Origin: Podarcis gaigeae
Taxonomy: Eukaryota
Length of the DNA stretch: 64,000 nucleotides
Direction: 5' to 3' (one strand)
Assembly (NCBI GenBank): GCA_964106915.2
Contig: OZ066914.1
Shown here in pieces: positions 63,001 to 64,000 of the stretch. The first letter of the stretch is position 1. Each line of letters starts with the position of its first letter. The position numbers and the translations under genes are program-made. The notes under the pieces are model-generated. The model was not told where the DNA came from. It searched no databases and saw only the letters and a program-made list of their open reading frames with translations.

Positions 63001-64000
63001 TTGGAGAATACTTGCTCTTTGACAGCTTTCCTGGATCTAAGCTTACTGCTTAACTAGAAAACTGCAAATCCTAGCAAGCCCATCGTGCCACAAAAGGACC
63101 AATCCTTTGTACGTACGCCTCAGATCTGAGACCCACTGAAGTCTAATTCTTTCTTGTGAGTAAGCCTCAGATCTGAGGCCCAAAGCAGCCCAAATTAGTT
63201 AGTAAAGGCATATCCTGATTCTTCCTTTGTGATCTTATAGCATGCTATGGGAAGTCAGGGCAGCTTCAGTCAAAGGAATTGTGGTTTTGTAAGGCTGCAG
63301 CACTACATATACCTAGAAGTCCCATTTGGGGTTTGCTTCTGAATAAGACATGTATAGGATTGCACTGTAAGTGGGGGGGGAGGGGTTAAACATTTTATCA
63401 GGGACATCTAAGACCTATATAGAAAAGATTTCTGTTTAAATGTGATCCCACACATCCTGCCAAGTCACTTCCCCAGGAAGAGCAGGAGATGGTGCTTGGT
63501 GGGTCAGGACTCAGAACCCATAGAAAACTTTTTTTTCATGTGCTTGCAAGTCCCCAGCCACCTAGTAGTAACATATCTCTATTATATGAAGCGCCCACAG
63601 ATCAACCCAACCCAAACTACAACTGTCTCAAAATCATTAAGGAAATAACCTGCATACAGAGAAAATATCTTCATAAAGTGAGCCAATCCTCAACATACAG
63701 GTCAGGCCACACAGATGTGCATTATATGAACAAGGAACGAAGTGTATAAAAATCTTTGGGGGTTGGGGGGGGAGAGAATGTGTCCGTTTTAGAGATAAGA
63801 ATGCAACTTCACATGATTACTTCTCCCCCCTTCCCCCCTCTCTCTCACTCACAGATTACACATAGCTTAGTCTAGCCTCAAAAATAACACTGAATCAGAG
63901 CAAATAATTTGGGCTACATTTGGATCTAGTTCTTGGAAAGCAGAAGCTCTGGCTTTTAAGTAGTTACCAGAGGAATTTGTCTCTCCTCCATGTGCTGCTG

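Noticed and set aside
1-64000. CRISPR arrays, operons or other prokaryotic systems
   Set aside because: Sequence is vertebrate; no regularly spaced repeat-spacer array or dense coding was seen

Overview
Eukaryotic, repeat-rich genomic DNA from a squamate reptile, probably a lacertid lizard (inferred from Sauria-SINE, BovB, CR1, L2 and squamate MITE families). One host protein-coding gene is supported: a two-exon minus-strand bHLH gene of the paraxis/scleraxis family (CDS 42882-42397 + 41500-41468, 172 aa). Its bHLH mixes TCF15 and SCX residues and looks like a third paralogue (TCF15-like). The most striking structure is a young, 5'-truncated Penelope-like retroelement (1948-5267) inserted in a (TA)n tract. 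It has an uninterrupted RT + GIY-YIG ORF, two ~936-bp inverted arms with both 3' ends facing outward, a 28-bp tail on one arm only, and a minimal hammerhead-ribozyme motif in each arm that overlaps the last codons and stop codon of the ORF. The rest is SINE/LINE fragments (several with clear target-site duplications), nested hAT and Tc1/mariner MITEs, hairpins, microsatellites, candidate CTCF sites and candidate non-coding exons, plus a 254-N assembly gap. Most short ORFs in the track are spurious. No rRNA, intact tRNA or CRISPR features were seen. Repeat family names come from recall, not from a database search.
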